A DNA stretch of 32,000 nucleotides from Halogeometricum borinquense DSM 11551. Its GTDB lineage: Archaea > Halobacteriota > Halobacteria > Halobacteriales > Haloferacaceae. Under the pieces are notes generated by a model that did no database searches, was not told where the DNA came from, and saw nothing but the letters and a program-made list of their open reading frames with translations. The position numbers and the translations under genes are program-made. Of this stretch, positions 31,840 through 32,000 are shown piece after piece (positions within the stretch are counted from its first letter, which is position 1; each line of letters starts with the position of its first letter). Location of the stretch: NCBI RefSeq assembly GCF_000172995.2, contig NC_014731.1, positions 120,001 through 152,000 on the forward strand, read 5' to 3'.

Positions 31840-32000
31840 TTATTCTCCACCCCCGCCGTAGATGGGTCCTTCATCGGAACCGTCTACCTCAGGATCGAAT
31901 ACGTCGGTGTTCTTTTTGCCGGTCACGTCAATCTCAGCGAGGTTGCCCTTCCGAGCGACCCGCGAGAGGGCGTGGTCAACCAGTTTGATACGCTCTGGAA
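31840..32000 (-). CDS. 3' end of a gene running off the window (product not recognised)
   Basis: Hand translation of the minus strand from 31998 gives 'PERIKLVDHALSRVARKGNLAEIDVTGKKNTDVFDPEVDGSDEGPIYGGGGE*', with TAA at 31842-31840. The segment is GC3-rich with halophile-like composition. No start codon lies within the window. Confidence 0.4.
   Translation of the reverse strand, partial: PERIKLVDHALSRVARKGNLAEIDVTGKKNTDVFDPEVDGSDEGPIYGGGGE

Overview
The window looks like an accessory-type segment of a haloarchaeal (class Halobacteria-like) replicon. Supporting signs are acidic proteins, Tat/lipobox signal peptides with Thr/Pro-rich linkers, Bat-type HTH_10 regulators, a halolysin-like protease, a halocyanin-like cupredoxin, an IS6-family element, and AT-rich ORF-poor spacers between GC-rich genes. 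Recognisable genes are a cytochrome P450, a subtilisin-like protease, PadR, three HxlR regulators, a PAS/GAF/HTH_10 regulator, a CBS-MaoC protein, a Tat lipoprotein, a cupredoxin, a wHTH regulator, an IS6 transposase beside a decayed copy, and citrate synthase. No rRNA, tRNA or CRISPR array was seen by eye. The outstanding feature is a family of six genes, all on the minus strand, encoding signal-peptide-bearing hyper-acidic proteins. These are built almost entirely from 8-9-residue units of the form hydrophobic-D/E-hydrophobic-E followed by a G/D-rich turn. Four of the genes form a duplicated two-gene module: A1/B1 at 15128-18265 and A2/B2 at 23053-26013. The modules share internal blocks of about 95-98% nucleotide identity. 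They flank a small island holding two regulators, an isoprenoid-synthase-like protein, an FCS/TRASH-type zinc finger and a His-decorated family member (21721-22497). A less acidic, aromatic-rich relative lies at 7155-7898. I cannot assign this family to any named domain from memory, and I treat it as the candidate undescribed system. Functional ideas are inference only: an extracellular cation-binding beta-solenoid or beta-roll-like scaffold. The repeat genes also produce many shadow ORFs in the other five frames of the ORF track, which I rejected.
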